From Pseudomonadota bacterium (GTDB lineage Bacteria > Pseudomonadota > Gammaproteobacteria > Xanthomonadales > Rhodanobacteraceae): a stretch of DNA of 64,000 bases. The position numbers were made by a program, and so were the translations under genes. The notes under the pieces were generated by a model, which was given only the letters and a program-made list of their open reading frames with translations, was not told the DNA's origin and searched no databases. Shown one piece after another: positions 49,664 to 61,702 of the stretch. The stretch covers positions 79,120-143,119 of the forward strand of contig JAKAWV010000005.1 in assembly GCA_021827205.1 (NCBI GenBank). The letters are read 5' to 3'. Position 1 is the stretch's first letter; each line of letters starts with the position of its first letter.

Positions 49664-50301
49664 CCCCCACCCTCGCCAGCAGCACGCCCCCGATGATCGA
49701 AGCCCGCGGACTGGGCTTCGCGCGCCGCGACGAGGGCGTGTTCGGGCCACTGGACTTTGCCTTGAGCGGCGGCGGGATCGGTTTGATCGAAGGCGACAAT
49801 GGCAGCGGTAAGACCACGCTGCTGCGCGTGCTGGCCGGCCTGCTGCGGCCGAGCTTCGGCACGGCGCGGGTGTTGGGCGCGGAGCCGGGCAGCGAAACGG
49901 CGCGCGAAGGTACCGCCACCATGGGCCATCTGCTGGGTTTGAAAGCCGATTTGAGCGCGCTGGAGAATCTGCGCATCGGCATGGGGCTGTATGGACACAA
50001 GCCGACGCCTGGACCGTTCGCGATGCTGACGCAAGTTGGTCTGGAGGGTTACGCAGACGAGCCGGTGCGCAGTCTTTCGGCGGGACAGAAAAAGCGCGTC
50101 GCGCTGGCGCGTCTGGCGCTGCTGCCGGCACGGTTGTGGTTGTTGGATGAGCCTTACGCCAATCTCGACCGGCACGGCATCAACCTGGTCAATGATCTGC
50201 TCACCGCTCATGCCGCGGCAGGTGGCGCGGCGTTGGTCACCAGCCACGGTGCGGTGAGTTTTCATCAGGGCGTGACCTGCACCGTGCGGTTGGCGGCATG
50301 A
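49660..50301 (+). CDS. ccmA: heme exporter ATP-binding protein CcmA
   Basis: Walker A GDNGSGKTT, signature LSAGQKKRV, Walker B LWLLDEP. First gene of the ccm cluster. Confidence 0.9.
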   Translation: MTPTLASSTPPMIEARGLGFARRDEGVFGPLDFALSGGGIGLIEGDNGSGKTTLLRVLAGLLRPSFGTARVLGAEPGSETAREGTATMGHLLGLKADLSALENLRIGMGLYGHKPTPGPFAMLTQVGLEGYADEPVRSLSAGQKKRVALARLALLPARLWLLDEPYANLDRHGINLVNDLLTAHAAAGGAALVTSHGAVSFHQGVTCTVRLAA

Positions 50302-50984
50302 GCGCGGCCAGCCTCGGCGGCGCATTTCGCACGATGCTGGTACGCGATCTGTTGCTGGCCTGGCGTCGGCGCGGTGATGCCATGCTGCCGGTGCTGTACG
50401 CGATCATCGTGGCCACGTTGTTCCCGTTCGCGCTGGGTCCCGAGCACGCGCTATTGGCGCGCATCGCCGGTGGCGTGGTGTTGGTGACGGTACTGTTGGC
50501 CATGCTGCTGGCACTGGATAACGTGTTTCGAGGGGACCTGGACGACGGCGCGTTGGAGCAGATGCTGTTGGCACCGCAGCCGTTGTCCTTGCTGCTGGCC
50601 GCGCGCATGCTGGCGTACTGGCTGGTGACGGCGTTGCCGTTGCTGCTGGTGGCGCCCGTGCTGGCCTACATGCTGGGGTTGGAACCCGCCGCGCAGCCGG
50701 TGTTGCTGCTGGCGCTGTTGCTGGCGACTCCGTTACTGGCGCTGCTCGGAATCGTATTGACCGCGCTCACGGCCGGTACACGGCGCTCTGGTATGCTTTT
50801 GTCGCTGATGTTGTTGCCATTGGCCGTTCCGATCGTGATCTTTGCCGCCGGTGCCGTGGGCGCCGCGCAACAAGGGTTGCCGTGGGTCGCGCCCTTGGCT
50901 TGGTTGGCGGCGGCGCTCGCCCTCGCCTTGGTTCTGGCTCCGCTGGCCTGCGCCACGGCATTGCGTATCGCGCTGGATACATGA
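50298..50984 (+). CDS. ccmB: heme exporter membrane protein CcmB
   Basis: Six-helix membrane protein between ccmA and ccmC, with 4-nt overlaps on both sides. Confidence 0.9.
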   Translation: MSAASLGGAFRTMLVRDLLLAWRRRGDAMLPVLYAIIVATLFPFALGPEHALLARIAGGVVLVTVLLAMLLALDNVFRGDLDDGALEQMLLAPQPLSLLLAARMLAYWLVTALPLLLVAPVLAYMLGLEPAAQPVLLLALLLATPLLALLGIVLTALTAGTRRSGMLLSLMLLPLAVPIVIFAAGAVGAAQQGLPWVAPLAWLAAALALALVLAPLACATALRIALDT

Positions 50985-51739
50985 ACGCCTTCAAGCTCTG
51001 GTACCACAAGCTCGGTTCGCCGCCGTATTTCTACGTCTTCGCCGGCTACATCCAACCTTGGCTGTGGACGATCGCGTTGCTGCTGGCCGCAGTTGGTTTG
51101 TATGGCGGGCTGGTGCTGGCGCCGCCGGATGCCCTGCAGGGCGATGCGTTTCGCATCATTTTCGTGCACGTGCCCGCGGCGTGGATGAGTTTGTTCGTAT
51201 ACGGCGTGATGGCGGTGTCGGCCTTTGTTGCCGTTATCTGGCGCCCGAAGATGGCCGAGGTGCTGGCCATGGAGTCGGCGCCGATCGGTGCGGCGTTCAC
51301 CCTGATCGCGCTGATCACCGGCTCGCTGTGGGGCAAACCGATGTGGGGCACCTACTGGACTTGGGATGCGCGCCTGACCTCCGAGTTGGTGCTGTTTTTC
51401 ATCTATCTGGGCATCATCGGCCTGTATCACGCCTTCGACGACCCCCGCCAAGGCGCGCGCGCGGCGTCGTTTCTGGCCATGATCGGCGCGGTCAATCTGC
51501 CCATCGTGCATTACTCGGTGGTGTGGTGGAATACGCTGCACCAAGGCACCACGGTGCACTATTTCGGCCCTTCATCCATCGCCCCATCCATGCTGTGGCC
51601 GCTGCTGCTGATGACGATTGCCGCCAAGTTTTATTATGGCGCCAGCCTGATGGGTCGCTCGCGCGTCGCGCTGCTGAGCCTGGAGCGCGGCAAGGACTGG
51701 GTGGCCGATGAGGTCCGTGGAGACACTGCGCATGGATAA
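50981..51739 (+). CDS. ccmC: heme exporter protein CcmC
   Basis: Tryptophan-rich WWD motif WGKPMWGTYWTWDARL. Confidence 0.9.
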   Translation: MNAFKLWYHKLGSPPYFYVFAGYIQPWLWTIALLLAAVGLYGGLVLAPPDALQGDAFRIIFVHVPAAWMSLFVYGVMAVSAFVAVIWRPKMAEVLAMESAPIGAAFTLIALITGSLWGKPMWGTYWTWDARLTSELVLFFIYLGIIGLYHAFDDPRQGARAASFLAMIGAVNLPIVHYSVVWWNTLHQGTTVHYFGPSSIAPSMLWPLLLMTIAAKFYYGASLMGRSRVALLSLERGKDWVADEVRGDTAHG

Positions 51740-51911
51740 GTTTCTCGCCATGGGCGGCTTTGCCCAGTATGTGTGGCCGGCGTATGCCGCGTTTTTTGTC
51801 ATCCTTGCGGGCGATGTGCTGGCCACCGTCGTACGCCGCCGTCGCGTGTTGCGCGAACTGCGCGGCCGCCTCGCCCGTCAAGGCACCCGTCGCCCGAGGG
51901 TATCCGCATGA
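51732..51911 (+). CDS. ccmD: heme exporter protein CcmD
   Basis: 59-aa single-helix protein MDKFLAMGGFAQYVWPAYAAFFVIL in the canonical position. Confidence 0.75.
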   Translation: MDKFLAMGGFAQYVWPAYAAFFVILAGDVLATVVRRRRVLRELRGRLARQGTRRPRVSA

Positions 51912-52372
51912 GACCGCTCCGCCGCCGCCGCATCATTCTGGTTGCGCTGATCCTGGGGGCCGTGGCATTGGCCACCAGCGCCATGGTCTATGGCCTCTCG
52001 CAGAACATGAATTACCTGTTCACGCCCAGCCAGGTTCTGGCCGGCAGAGCCAGCCACTACCGCAGCTTCCGACTCGGCGGCATGGTCGTTGACGGTTCGA
52101 TCCGACATGATCAGCACTCCCTGCTGGTCGATTTCACCGTGACCGATGGCGACCACACCATGCCGGTGCAATACACCGGCATCCTGCCGGATCTGTTCCG
52201 CGCCGGACAGGCGGTGATCGCCACCGGGCGCATGCACGATGGCGTGTTCGTGGCCAGCGAAGTGCTGGCCAAGCACGACGCCACCTACATGCCGCGTGAG
52301 CTGAAGCAGGCCATGGCCCAGGCACACGCCAAGCACCATGTCGAATTGCCCGCCGCTGAGGTCACGCCATGA
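51908..52372 (+). CDS. ccmE: cytochrome c maturation heme chaperone CcmE
   Basis: N-terminal anchor, an OB fold, and the heme-binding His context LAKHDATYMP. Confidence 0.9.
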   Translation: MRPLRRRRIILVALILGAVALATSAMVYGLSQNMNYLFTPSQVLAGRASHYRSFRLGGMVVDGSIRHDQHSLLVDFTVTDGDHTMPVQYTGILPDLFRAGQAVIATGRMHDGVFVASEVLAKHDATYMPRELKQAMAQAHAKHHVELPAAEVTP

Positions 52373-54366
52373 TTCCCGAATTGGGCCAGATGGCCCTGAT
52401 CCTGGCGCTGCTGCTGGCCGCCGTGCAGGCCGTGTTCCCACTGCTGGGCGCGTGGCGCGGCTCGCCGGCGCTGATCCGCATGGCGCGCCCGGCCGCGGCC
52501 GGCCAGTTCGTGTTCGTGGCGCTGGCCTATGCCGTGCTCACGCACGCGTTCCTGGTGAATGATTTTTCCGTGGCCTATGTCGCGCAGAACTCTAATCTCA
52601 CCCTGCCCTGGTACTACCGCCTGTCGGCGGTGTGGGGCGCACATTCGGGTTCGTTGCTGCTGTGGGTGATGATCCTGAATTTCTGGACGCTGGCCGTGGC
52701 GATTTTTTCGCGGCGCCTGCCCGAGGTATTCGCCGCGCGCGTGCTGGGCGTGATGGGCTTGGTGAGCGTGGGCTTTCTTGCATTCATGGTGATCACCTCC
52801 AATCCGTTCCTGCGCCTGCTGCCGGCGCCGGCCAACGGCATGGACCTCAACCCGGTGCTGCAGGATCCCGGCCTGGTGATCCACCCACCCATGCTGTACA
52901 TGGGTTATGTCGGCTTCTCGGTGGCTTTTGCGTTTGCCATCGCGGCATTGCTGGGCGGCGCTCTGGATGACATCTGGGTGCGCTGGGCACGACCGTGGAC
53001 CAATGCCGCGTTCGGATTTCTTTCAGCTGGCATCGTGATGGGCAGTTGGTGGTCGTACGCCGAGTTGGGCTGGGGCGGCTGGTGGTTCTGGGATCCGGTC
53101 GAGAATGCCTCGTTCATGCCGTGGCTGGTCGGCGCGGCGCTGATCCATGCGCAAGCCGTCACCGAAAAACGCGGCGGACTGCGCGCATGGACCTTATTGT
53201 TGTCGATCTTCGCGTTCTCGTTGTCGTTGCTGGGTACGTTCCTGGTGCGCTCGGGTCTGCTGACCAGCGTGCACGCCTTCGCCTCGGACCCGCGTCAGGG
53301 CGCCTACCTGCTGATCCTGCTGGCGATCGCCATCGGCGGCTCGCTGTTGCTGTATGCGCTGCGCGCGCCCAAGGTCGTCGGCGGCAAGCCCTTTGCGCTG
53401 GCTTCGCGCGAAACACTGATCGTGATCGGCAATCTGATGTTTGTGGTCAGCGGTGCCATGGTGCTGATCGGCACGCTGTATCCGATCATCGGCGATGCGC
53501 TGCACCTGGGCCGGGTGTCGATTGGGCCGCCTTACTTCGGGCCGTTGTTCATCGTGATGATGGCGCCGATCGTGCTGCTGCTGCCGTTCGGGCCTTTTGC
53601 GCGCTGGGGCCGCGCGGATCTGCGCGAATGGAAGCGCGTCGGCATCATCAGCGCGCTGGCGGCGATCTTCGGTGGCGGCTTGTTCGCGTGGGCGGCCAGC
53701 GGCGGCATGCCGACCTGGCAGGCATGGCTGGGCGGCATTTCCTCGGCCTGGGTATTCGCCGGCGTGGCGCAGTATGCGTGGATGCGCTGGACCACGGTGC
53801 GCGCCGGGCGCCGCTATCCGGCCGAACTCGCGGGCATGTTGCTGGGCCATTTCGGCGTCGGCGTGTTCCTCGCCGGTGCGTTGCTCACCAACAGCCTGAG
53901 CGTGGAACGCGACGTGCGCCTGGCGCCCGGACAAAGCGCGCAAATCGGCAGCTACAGCTATCAATTCGATGGGGTCATCGACGTACGCGGTCCGAACTGG
54001 ATCGCGCATCAAGGCACTGTCGTGGTCAGCCAGGACGGTCACAAGGTGGCCGTGCTGCATCCGCAAAAACGCGAGTATTCCGGCGGCATCGTGCAGACCA
54101 AAGCCGCGGTCAGCGCCGGACTGTTCCGCGATTTGTACGTGGCCCTGGGCGAGGGCCTCGGCACACACGGCGCCTGGGCACTGCGTTTGTACGACAAACC
54201 CTTCGTGCGCTGGGTGTGGCTGGGCGGTTTGTTCATCGCGTTGGGTGGATTCGTGACCCTGCTCGACCGCCGCTTCCGCGTGCGCGTGCGCAATGCCGCC
54301 CCCGACGCAGACGCGGGTGGCGAGCAGACATCGACACTGCGCAAGCTGCGTGAGGCCGACGCATGA
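52369..54366 (+). CDS. ccmF: cytochrome c heme lyase subunit CcmF
   Basis: 665 aa with the WWD motif WGGWWFWDPVEN. Confidence 0.95.
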   Translation: MIPELGQMALILALLLAAVQAVFPLLGAWRGSPALIRMARPAAAGQFVFVALAYAVLTHAFLVNDFSVAYVAQNSNLTLPWYYRLSAVWGAHSGSLLLWVMILNFWTLAVAIFSRRLPEVFAARVLGVMGLVSVGFLAFMVITSNPFLRLLPAPANGMDLNPVLQDPGLVIHPPMLYMGYVGFSVAFAFAIAALLGGALDDIWVRWARPWTNAAFGFLSAGIVMGSWWSYAELGWGGWWFWDPVENASFMPWLVGAALIHAQAVTEKRGGLRAWTLLLSIFAFSLSLLGTFLVRSGLLTSVHAFASDPRQGAYLLILLAIAIGGSLLLYALRAPKVVGGKPFALASRETLIVIGNLMFVVSGAMVLIGTLYPIIGDALHLGRVSIGPPYFGPLFIVMMAPIVLLLPFGPFARWGRADLREWKRVGIISALAAIFGGGLFAWAASGGMPTWQAWLGGISSAWVFAGVAQYAWMRWTTVRAGRRYPAELAGMLLGHFGVGVFLAGALLTNSLSVERDVRLAPGQSAQIGSYSYQFDGVIDVRGPNWIAHQGTVVVSQDGHKVAVLHPQKREYSGGIVQTKAAVSAGLFRDLYVALGEGLGTHGAWALRLYDKPFVRWVWLGGLFIALGGFVTLLDRRFRVRVRNAAPDADAGGEQTSTLRKLREADA

Positions 54367-54914
54367 AGCTGTATCTGCCGTTGCTTGGATTTCTGGCGGT
54401 GGTTGGGCTGTTCGGTTTCGGCCTGTGGTGGAACAGCGGCCACAACACCACGCTGGTGCCCTCGCCATTGATCGGCAAACCGGCCCCGGACTGGAAGCTG
54501 CCGCTGCTGTACCAGCCCACGCAAACGCTGGACAAGACCGCCATGCTCGGACGTCCCTACGTCATCAACGTATTCGCCAGTTGGTGCTACGTGTGCGGTG
54601 ACGAGGCACCGGTGCTGATGGCCTGGGGCCATGATCTGGGCGTGCCACTGATCGGCTATGACTACCGGGACAAGCGCGCCGATGCGCTGGCCTGGCTGAG
54701 CAAGCATGGCGATCCCTACACGCAAGTGGTCAGCGATGAAAGCGGGCGCACGGCAATCAATTTCGGCGTGTACGGCGCGCCCGAAACCTACCTGATCGAT
54801 GCACAGGGCATCATCCGCTGGAAGCACATCGGCCCGCTCACGCCCGGGGTGATCCGCGACAAGCTGCTGCCGCAACTGCGCAAGCTGGGCGTGCGGCCCA
54901 AGGCGGCCGCATGA
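54363..54914 (+). CDS. ccmG: thiol:disulfide oxidoreductase CcmG/DsbE
   Basis: Thioredoxin fold with WCYVC and GVYGAPETYLID. Confidence 0.9.
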   Translation: MKLYLPLLGFLAVVGLFGFGLWWNSGHNTTLVPSPLIGKPAPDWKLPLLYQPTQTLDKTAMLGRPYVINVFASWCYVCGDEAPVLMAWGHDLGVPLIGYDYRDKRADALAWLSKHGDPYTQVVSDESGRTAINFGVYGAPETYLIDAQGIIRWKHIGPLTPGVIRDKLLPQLRKLGVRPKAAA

Positions 54915-55345
54915 TGCGCCGGCTGCGTTTTGCTGTGCTCGGATTGATGCTTGGTGTGGCTTTTGCGGCCACCGCCATCGATGCGCTGCCGTTCAAGAAC
55001 ACCGCACAGGAAGTGCGTTTTCAGAACCTCACCCGCCAGTTGCGCTGCCTGGTTTGTCAAAACGAGGATCTGGCCGATTCCAACGCCAAGCTGGCCCAGG
55101 ACCTGCGCTTGGTGATCTTCCAGCAGATGCAGGCCGGACGCAGCGACGCGCAGATCAAGCAATGGCTGGTCGATCGCTACTCCGATTACGTGCTGTACAA
55201 ACCGCCGTTGAAGCCCTCGAACTACGCACTGTGGTTCGGGCCTTTCGTGGTGCTGCTGCTGGGCGCGCTCGGTGTCGTGATTTATCTGCGCCGTCGTGCG
55301 CAGCCGCAAATGGCCTCCGCGCCTGATGAGGAAGAAGACTGGTGA
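54911..55345 (+). CDS. ccmH: cytochrome c maturation protein CcmH
   Basis: LRCLVCQN motif, signal peptide and a C-terminal TM segment. Confidence 0.9.
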   Translation: MMRRLRFAVLGLMLGVAFAATAIDALPFKNTAQEVRFQNLTRQLRCLVCQNEDLADSNAKLAQDLRLVIFQQMQAGRSDAQIKQWLVDRYSDYVLYKPPLKPSNYALWFGPFVVLLLGALGVVIYLRRRAQPQMASAPDEEEDW

Positions 55346-56427
55346 ATGTTATGTTCCTGACTGCCAGTGGCCTGATGGTGGCGCTGGCGCTGGCGCTCGT
55401 GCTGTGGCCGCTGCTGCGCCAGGCCGGACGACAAACGCGTCGGCGCGGCCTGATCGCGCTCGCGGTACTGTTCGTACTCGGCTTGCCGCTGGCCAGCGCC
55501 GGCCTGTATGAGCTGGTCGGCAACCCGGCGGCGCTGAATCCCGGCGCCACCGAACAGCCGCTGACGCTGGATCAGGCCATCACCAAGATCAAGGCGCAGC
55601 TCGACCACGACAGCGCCGATCCGAATCTGTGGACGCTGCTCGGCCAGGCCTACGGCGCCAAGAACGAACCCGCTCTTGCCGCGAATGCTTTCGAGCACGC
55701 GCTGAAATATCGTCCTGACGATGCCGATTTGCTGGTGGCATGGGCACAAGCCGACTCGCTGGCACAGCCACAGCACATGATCGTCGGCGAGGCGCGCGCG
55801 CGCCTCGAACGGGCACTGGCCGTCGATCCCACGCACCAGCGCGGGCTGTGGTTGCTGGGTATCAGCGATTTCCAGTTGCAGCGCTACAGCGAGGCTATCG
55901 CCATCTGGACGCGCCTGCTCAAGCTGCTGCCAGCGGACTCCGATGTCGCGCGCGGCGTTGCACACCAGGTCGAGCTGGCCGCGCGGCGTGGTGCGCTGCA
56001 ACTCACCGCCGCGCAGACTCAGGTGTTGTCCGCCGCCACCGCTGGGACCAAGACCCCCGCGGCGGCTGGCAGCAGTGCGCCGCATCTCACCGTGCAGGTG
56101 TCGCTCGCGCCGCAGCTGGCGCAAAAACTTGACCCCGACTCGGTGTTGTTCGTGTACGCGCGCAATCCCAGTGGACCGTCGATGCCGCTGGCGGTTGCGC
56201 GGCTGCCGGCCAGTGCGCTGCCGGTCACGGTGACGTTGACCGATGCGATGAGCATGGCGCAGGGTCCGAACCTGTCGTCGGCGCAGCAGGTGATCATCGG
56301 CGCGCGTTTGTCCGCGCATGGCCAAGCGCTGCCGCAGCCGGGCGATCTGGAGGGCAGCGTCGGCCCGATCGCGGTCGACCGCACCCAGCCGATCAGCGTG
56401 GTCATCGACAAAGTGGTCGGCCAGTGA
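55342..56427 (+). CDS. ccmI: c-type cytochrome biogenesis protein CcmI (TPR)
   Basis: N-terminal TM helices followed by TPR-like repeats, in the canonical position. GTG at 55342 or ATG at 55351. Confidence 0.8.
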   Translation: MNVMFLTASGLMVALALALVLWPLLRQAGRQTRRRGLIALAVLFVLGLPLASAGLYELVGNPAALNPGATEQPLTLDQAITKIKAQLDHDSADPNLWTLLGQAYGAKNEPALAANAFEHALKYRPDDADLLVAWAQADSLAQPQHMIVGEARARLERALAVDPTHQRGLWLLGISDFQLQRYSEAIAIWTRLLKLLPADSDVARGVAHQVELAARRGALQLTAAQTQVLSAATAGTKTPAAAGSSAPHLTVQVSLAPQLAQKLDPDSVLFVYARNPSGPSMPLAVARLPASALPVTVTLTDAMSMAQGPNLSSAQQVIIGARLSAHGQALPQPGDLEGSVGPIAVDRTQPISVVIDKVVGQ

Positions 56428-57029
56428 GCGCGGCGCAGTGGGATCAGCGCTACGCCGATGATCACTACCACTACGGCACAGCGCCCAATGCCTGGCTGAT
56501 CAGTCAGGCGTGGCGCCTGCCCCGTTCTGGCACGGCGCTGGCATTGGCCGACGGCGAGGGCCGCAACGGCGTCTGGCTGGCGCAACAAGGGTTGCATACC
56601 ACGAGTCTGGATCAATCCGTCGTGGGCCTGGCCAAAGCGCAGCGCCTGGCGCAACAGTGCGGCGTGACGCTGCATGCCGAGCATGCCGATCTTGCCGATT
56701 GGGCCTGGCCCGAATCCGCTTATGCGGTCATCGCCAGCATCTACGTGCATCTGCCCGATGCGCTGCGTCGGCGCACCCACGCGGGCATCATGCGTGCGCT
56801 GTGCCCAGGTGGACTGCTGATTCTGGAAGCCTTCACGCCCGAGCAACTGGCCTGCTCGTCCGGCGGTCCCAGAGATCTCGCCTTGCTCTACTCCGAGTCC
56901 ATGTTGCGCGCGGATTTCGCAGGTCTGGAAATTCTGGAACTGCTCGGCGGTGAGGTTTTGCTTGATGAAGGCCCGGGACATCGCGGGTCCGGCCGGGTGC
57001 TGCGTTTGCTGGCGCGGCGCAGGCTCTGA
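56424..57029 (+). CDS. class I SAM-dependent methyltransferase
   Basis: Motif I ALALADGEGRNGVWLA. 201 aa. GTGA overlap with the ccmI stop. Confidence 0.75.
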   Translation: MSAAQWDQRYADDHYHYGTAPNAWLISQAWRLPRSGTALALADGEGRNGVWLAQQGLHTTSLDQSVVGLAKAQRLAQQCGVTLHAEHADLADWAWPESAYAVIASIYVHLPDALRRRTHAGIMRALCPGGLLILEAFTPEQLACSSGGPRDLALLYSESMLRADFAGLEILELLGGEVLLDEGPGHRGSGRVLRLLARRRL

Positions 57030-57053
57030 AGTCACAGCCTATCGCTGCACTAA

Positions 57054-59357
<2,304 letters not shown>

Positions 59358-59471
59358 CCCATCGCCGTACGCGCGCGTGATCGCGTGCTGACCGCCCATG
59401 CGCGGGGTGTGGCTTCGACCACGCCCCGCGCAACCTCGCCATGCCGCGCGCGCGACACAAGCCTTACAGAA

Positions 59472-59491
59472 GGTCTGAACAAGTTCAGACC
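59472..59491. terminator. perfect hairpin GGTCTGAAC-AA-GTTCAGACC between convergent katG and the DUF442 gene
   Basis: 9-bp arms read directly. There is no clear U-tract, so terminator function is only plausible. Confidence 0.4.
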
Positions 59492-59546
59492 TGCCCCAAA
59501 CCATGGATGGCTTGTCGCGTATCGAGCACGCAAGTGCTCGATGCAG

Positions 59547-59975
59547 TTAATCGAGTGGCAAGTTCAAGCGCATGCGTACCGCGGGTTCCAGCGCGGCCAG
59601 CCCGGCACGCCAACCCAACTCCAAAGCGGACTCTGGCGAATGACCCCAGTCCCACGCCGCGACCAGCGCCAGCAGCGCGCCGACGCGATTGGCGGTGGCG
59701 CAATGCACGAGCACGTGCGCATCGCCCTGCAGTGCCTCGCGTAGCGCGGTGGCGTGGGTGCGATCGAGGTCGGCCGGCGTGGCGACCGGAATGTTGATGT
59801 AATCCAGTCCACAGGTGGCGGCACAGGCAGCCTCATCCCAGTTCAACTCGCTGTGCGGGCGCAGATTGATCACGCGCCGCACACCCTTGCGCGCCAGTGC
59901 CTGCAAATCTTCAAGATCGGGCTGCCCCATGCAATACAGACGTCCTTCGATAAAGCGGATGTCACCAGTGGTCAT
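59547..59975 (-). CDS. DUF442/TIGR01244-like phosphatase-fold (sulfur-handling) protein
   Basis: 142 aa with the Cys loop VLVHCATANRVG. Divergent from the MBL hydrolase, as in blh-type loci. Confidence 0.7.
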   Translation of the reverse strand: MTTGDIRFIEGRLYCMGQPDLEDLQALARKGVRRVINLRPHSELNWDEAACAATCGLDYINIPVATPADLDRTHATALREALQGDAHVLVHCATANRVGALLALVAAWDWGHSPESALELGWRAGLAALEPAVRMRLNLPLD

Positions 59976-60147
59976 GTGGATTCCTGTTGAGGTGGATCGC
60001 GCCATGCGCGATGCGGTGATTCTGCCGCCGTCGCCGCGCAGGGGTCGAAATGCACCGCGAATAACCGCCGCAAGCATTGGCTCTTGTCTCGATGCGCTGC
60101 AAGCCTCATATAAATTTAGTATGTTCTAATCTAAATCAAGACATGCC

Positions 60148-61023
60148 ATGCGTCCCGTCGTCGAAAGTTTCTTGCACGCGCCCAGCTCGACCTGGACCCA
60201 CCTGGTCATCGACCCTGCGACGCAAACTGCGGCGCTGATCGATCCGGTGCTTGATTTCGATTATCCATCCGGCGCCACCGCCACCGACAGCGCCGCGGAC
60301 GTCATCGCGCGTATCCGCGCGCTGGCCCTGAAACTGGAGTGGATCCTCGAAACCCACGCGCACGCCGATCACCTGTCATCGGCGCCGCATATCCGCGGCG
60401 CCCTCGGCGGCCGCATCGCCATTGGCGAGGGCATCCGCCGGGTGCAGGCGCATTTCAGCGCGGCATTGAATTTCGAGCCGGGTTTCCGCAGCGACGGCTC
60501 GCAGTTCGATCACCTGTTCGAGGATGACGAGCGCTTTCGCATCGGCGGCATGGACGCGCGCGTCATGGCCACGCCCGGTCACACTCGCGATTCGGTCAGC
60601 TATCTGATTGGCGATGCGCTGTTCGTCGGCGACACCGTCTTCATGCCCGATGGCGGCACCGCGCGCTGCGACTTTCCCGGTGGCGATGCCGGGCTGCTGT
60701 ACGACTCGATCCACAATCTCTACGAATTGTCCGAGGACACGCGCCTGTATGTATGCCACGACTACGCGCCCGGTGGCCGCGCGCATCGCTGTCTGAGCAG
60801 CATCGGCGAGCAGCGCCGCGGCAATATCCACGTGCGCGACGGCACCGATCGCGGCCAGTTCATCGCCATGCGCAGCGCGCGCGATCGCACGCTGGGCATG
60901 CCCGCGCTGCTGTACCCGTCGATACAGGTCAACGTGCGCGGCGGCGAGTCGCCGCCCGCCGAAAACAACGGTCTGGCATACCTGAAAGTGCCGCTGCAAG
61001 GCCTGGTGAGAAAGCCAGCATGA
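60148..61023 (+). CDS. MBL-fold metallo-hydrolase, persulfide dioxygenase (ETHE1/Blh)-like
   Basis: THAHADHLS metal motif, ...TPGHTRDS..., ...VCHDY.... Confidence 0.8.
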   Translation: MRPVVESFLHAPSSTWTHLVIDPATQTAALIDPVLDFDYPSGATATDSAADVIARIRALALKLEWILETHAHADHLSSAPHIRGALGGRIAIGEGIRRVQAHFSAALNFEPGFRSDGSQFDHLFEDDERFRIGGMDARVMATPGHTRDSVSYLIGDALFVGDTVFMPDGGTARCDFPGGDAGLLYDSIHNLYELSEDTRLYVCHDYAPGGRAHRCLSSIGEQRRGNIHVRDGTDRGQFIAMRSARDRTLGMPALLYPSIQVNVRGGESPPAENNGLAYLKVPLQGLVRKPA

Positions 61024-61160
61024 GCGACGCAGGCACCCTGTACGCACGTCTGGACAGCGCGGCCACGCTCGATCAACGGGCCAGCGGTTTCCACGTTGAG
61101 CCGCGCGAAATGCCTGAAGTCGCCGTGGTGTATGCGATGCACCCGATGAGCATGCAATAG
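61020..61160 (+). CDS. possible 46-aa ORF translationally coupled to the MBL hydrolase
   Basis: ATGA start/stop overlap. MSDAGTLYARLDSAATLDQRASGFHVEPREMPEVAVVYAMHPMSMQ. No family recognised. Confidence 0.3.
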   Translation: MSDAGTLYARLDSAATLDQRASGFHVEPREMPEVAVVYAMHPMSMQ

Positions 61161-61328
61161 GTCGAGGCGCATCTGCGCGCATTTCTCGGCGTCTTCTTCG
61201 ACGGGCCGGACGAATATCGCGCGCGCTCAAATCCTGGTCTGTCTGCGCCGCTGGCCGCGCGCTGAATGCGGTGTTTTTGATATCCGTGTCATCTAATACA
61301 ATGAAATCCAGTTCTTTCGGAGTAGCCC

Positions 61329-61688
61329 ATGTTCGGCATTGGTTCCAGCAGCAAGCATCCGCTCGACATTGACTGCAAGGCCGCGCAGCAGCGCCTGCGG
61401 CAAGGCGCAAGGATGATCGATGTGCGCGAGGCGCACGAAGTTGCGCACGGCATGGTGCCGGGCAGCGTGCACATCCCGCTGGGCACGCTCGCTGGTGACA
61501 TCGCCGCGGTGCTGGCCCGGCACAGTATTGACCCCGCCGCAGGCGATGTGTTGTGCATTTGCGCCAGCGGCGGGCGCTCGCGGCACGCCGCCATGGCCTT
61601 GCGTCATGCCGGTTGCGAAACCGCAGCCTCGGTGATGGGCGGTGTCATGAGCTGGGCCGCAAGCGGCGGCACGCTGGCGCGGCGCTGA
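61329..61688 (+). CDS. rhodanese-domain sulfurtransferase
   Basis: 119 aa. IDVREAHEVAHGMVPGSVHIP and the active-site loop CASGGRS. Confidence 0.85.
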   Translation: MFGIGSSSKHPLDIDCKAAQQRLRQGARMIDVREAHEVAHGMVPGSVHIPLGTLAGDIAAVLARHSIDPAAGDVLCICASGGRSRHAAMALRHAGCETAASVMGGVMSWAASGGTLARR

Positions 61689-61702
61689 GGCGCGAACCCG
61701 GG

